NCBI RefSeq assembly: GCF_036321535.1
Contig: NC_087437.1
Coordinates: 29,266,001-29,330,000, forward strand
Source: Camelus dromedarius
Lineage: Eukaryota
DNA length: 64,000 bases
Reading direction: 5' to 3'
Shown here: positions 63,708 through 64,000 of the stretch, one piece after another
Numbering within the stretch: the stretch's first letter is position 1
Layout: each line of letters opens with the position of its first letter
Notes under the pieces: generated by a model
Told to the model about the DNA's origin: nothing
The model's input: the letters and a program-made list of their open reading frames with translations, nothing else
Databases searched by the model: none
Translations under genes and position numbers: made by a program

Positions 63708-64000
63708 CTTTTTCTTTCTTTTTTTTTTTTTAACATTTTTTTTTATTGATTTATAATCATTTTACAATGTTGTGTCAAATTCCAGTGTTCAGCACAATTT
63801 TTCAGTTATTCATGGACATATACACACTCATTGTCACATTTTTTTCTCTGTGAGTTATCATAACATTTTGTGTATATTCCCCTGTGCTATACAGTGTAGT
63901 CTATTCTACAATTTTGAAATCCCAGTCTATCCCTTCCCACCCTCCTCCCCCCTGGTAACCACAAGTCTGTATTCTCTGTCTGTGAGTCTATTTCTATTAG
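63708..64000 (-). mobile_element. Young LINE-1 3' end (camelid-type), runs off the window
   Basis: Long poly(T), then attttacaatgttgtgtcaaattccagtg...cccctgtgctatacag...cctggtaaccacaagtctgtattctc. Confidence 0.92.

Noticed and set aside
1..64000. Prokaryotic features: operons, CRISPR arrays, defence systems, rRNA/tRNA
   Set aside because: No long ORFs, no repeat-spacer periodicity and no RNA-gene motifs were seen; the sequence is mammalian repeat-rich DNA.

Overview
This is AT-rich mammalian DNA, intronic or intergenic, and not prokaryotic. It is dominated by interspersed repeats: L1, L2, L3/CR1, MIR, ERVL/MaLR/ERV1 LTRs, hAT MER elements and microsatellites. The youngest L1 3' UTRs resemble the camelid (alpaca/camel) type as I recall it, and I recognise no Alu, B1/B2, Bov-tA, PRE-1 or SINEC. 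The only recognisable protein sequences are frameshifted L1 ORF2 fragments. I could not identify a host gene, RNA gene or CRISPR array, and I see no evidence of a novel multi-gene system. The best signals are of two kinds. First, two microexon candidates with good splice-signal architecture: 15 nt on + at 18136-18150 and 27 nt on - at 10366-10392. Second, unusual retrotransposition products delimited by target-site duplications (TSDs): two probable L1 3' transductions, an L1 5' UTR fused directly to the end of ORF2, a doubly deleted L1, a polyadenylated LTR 3'-end retrocopy, and a chimeric insert inside nested MLT1 LTRs. An L1 with an inverted centre is also present, without a TSD I could find. 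Repeat family names come from recalled consensus sequences, and boundaries of old elements are approximate; both need RepeatMasker/Dfam confirmation.
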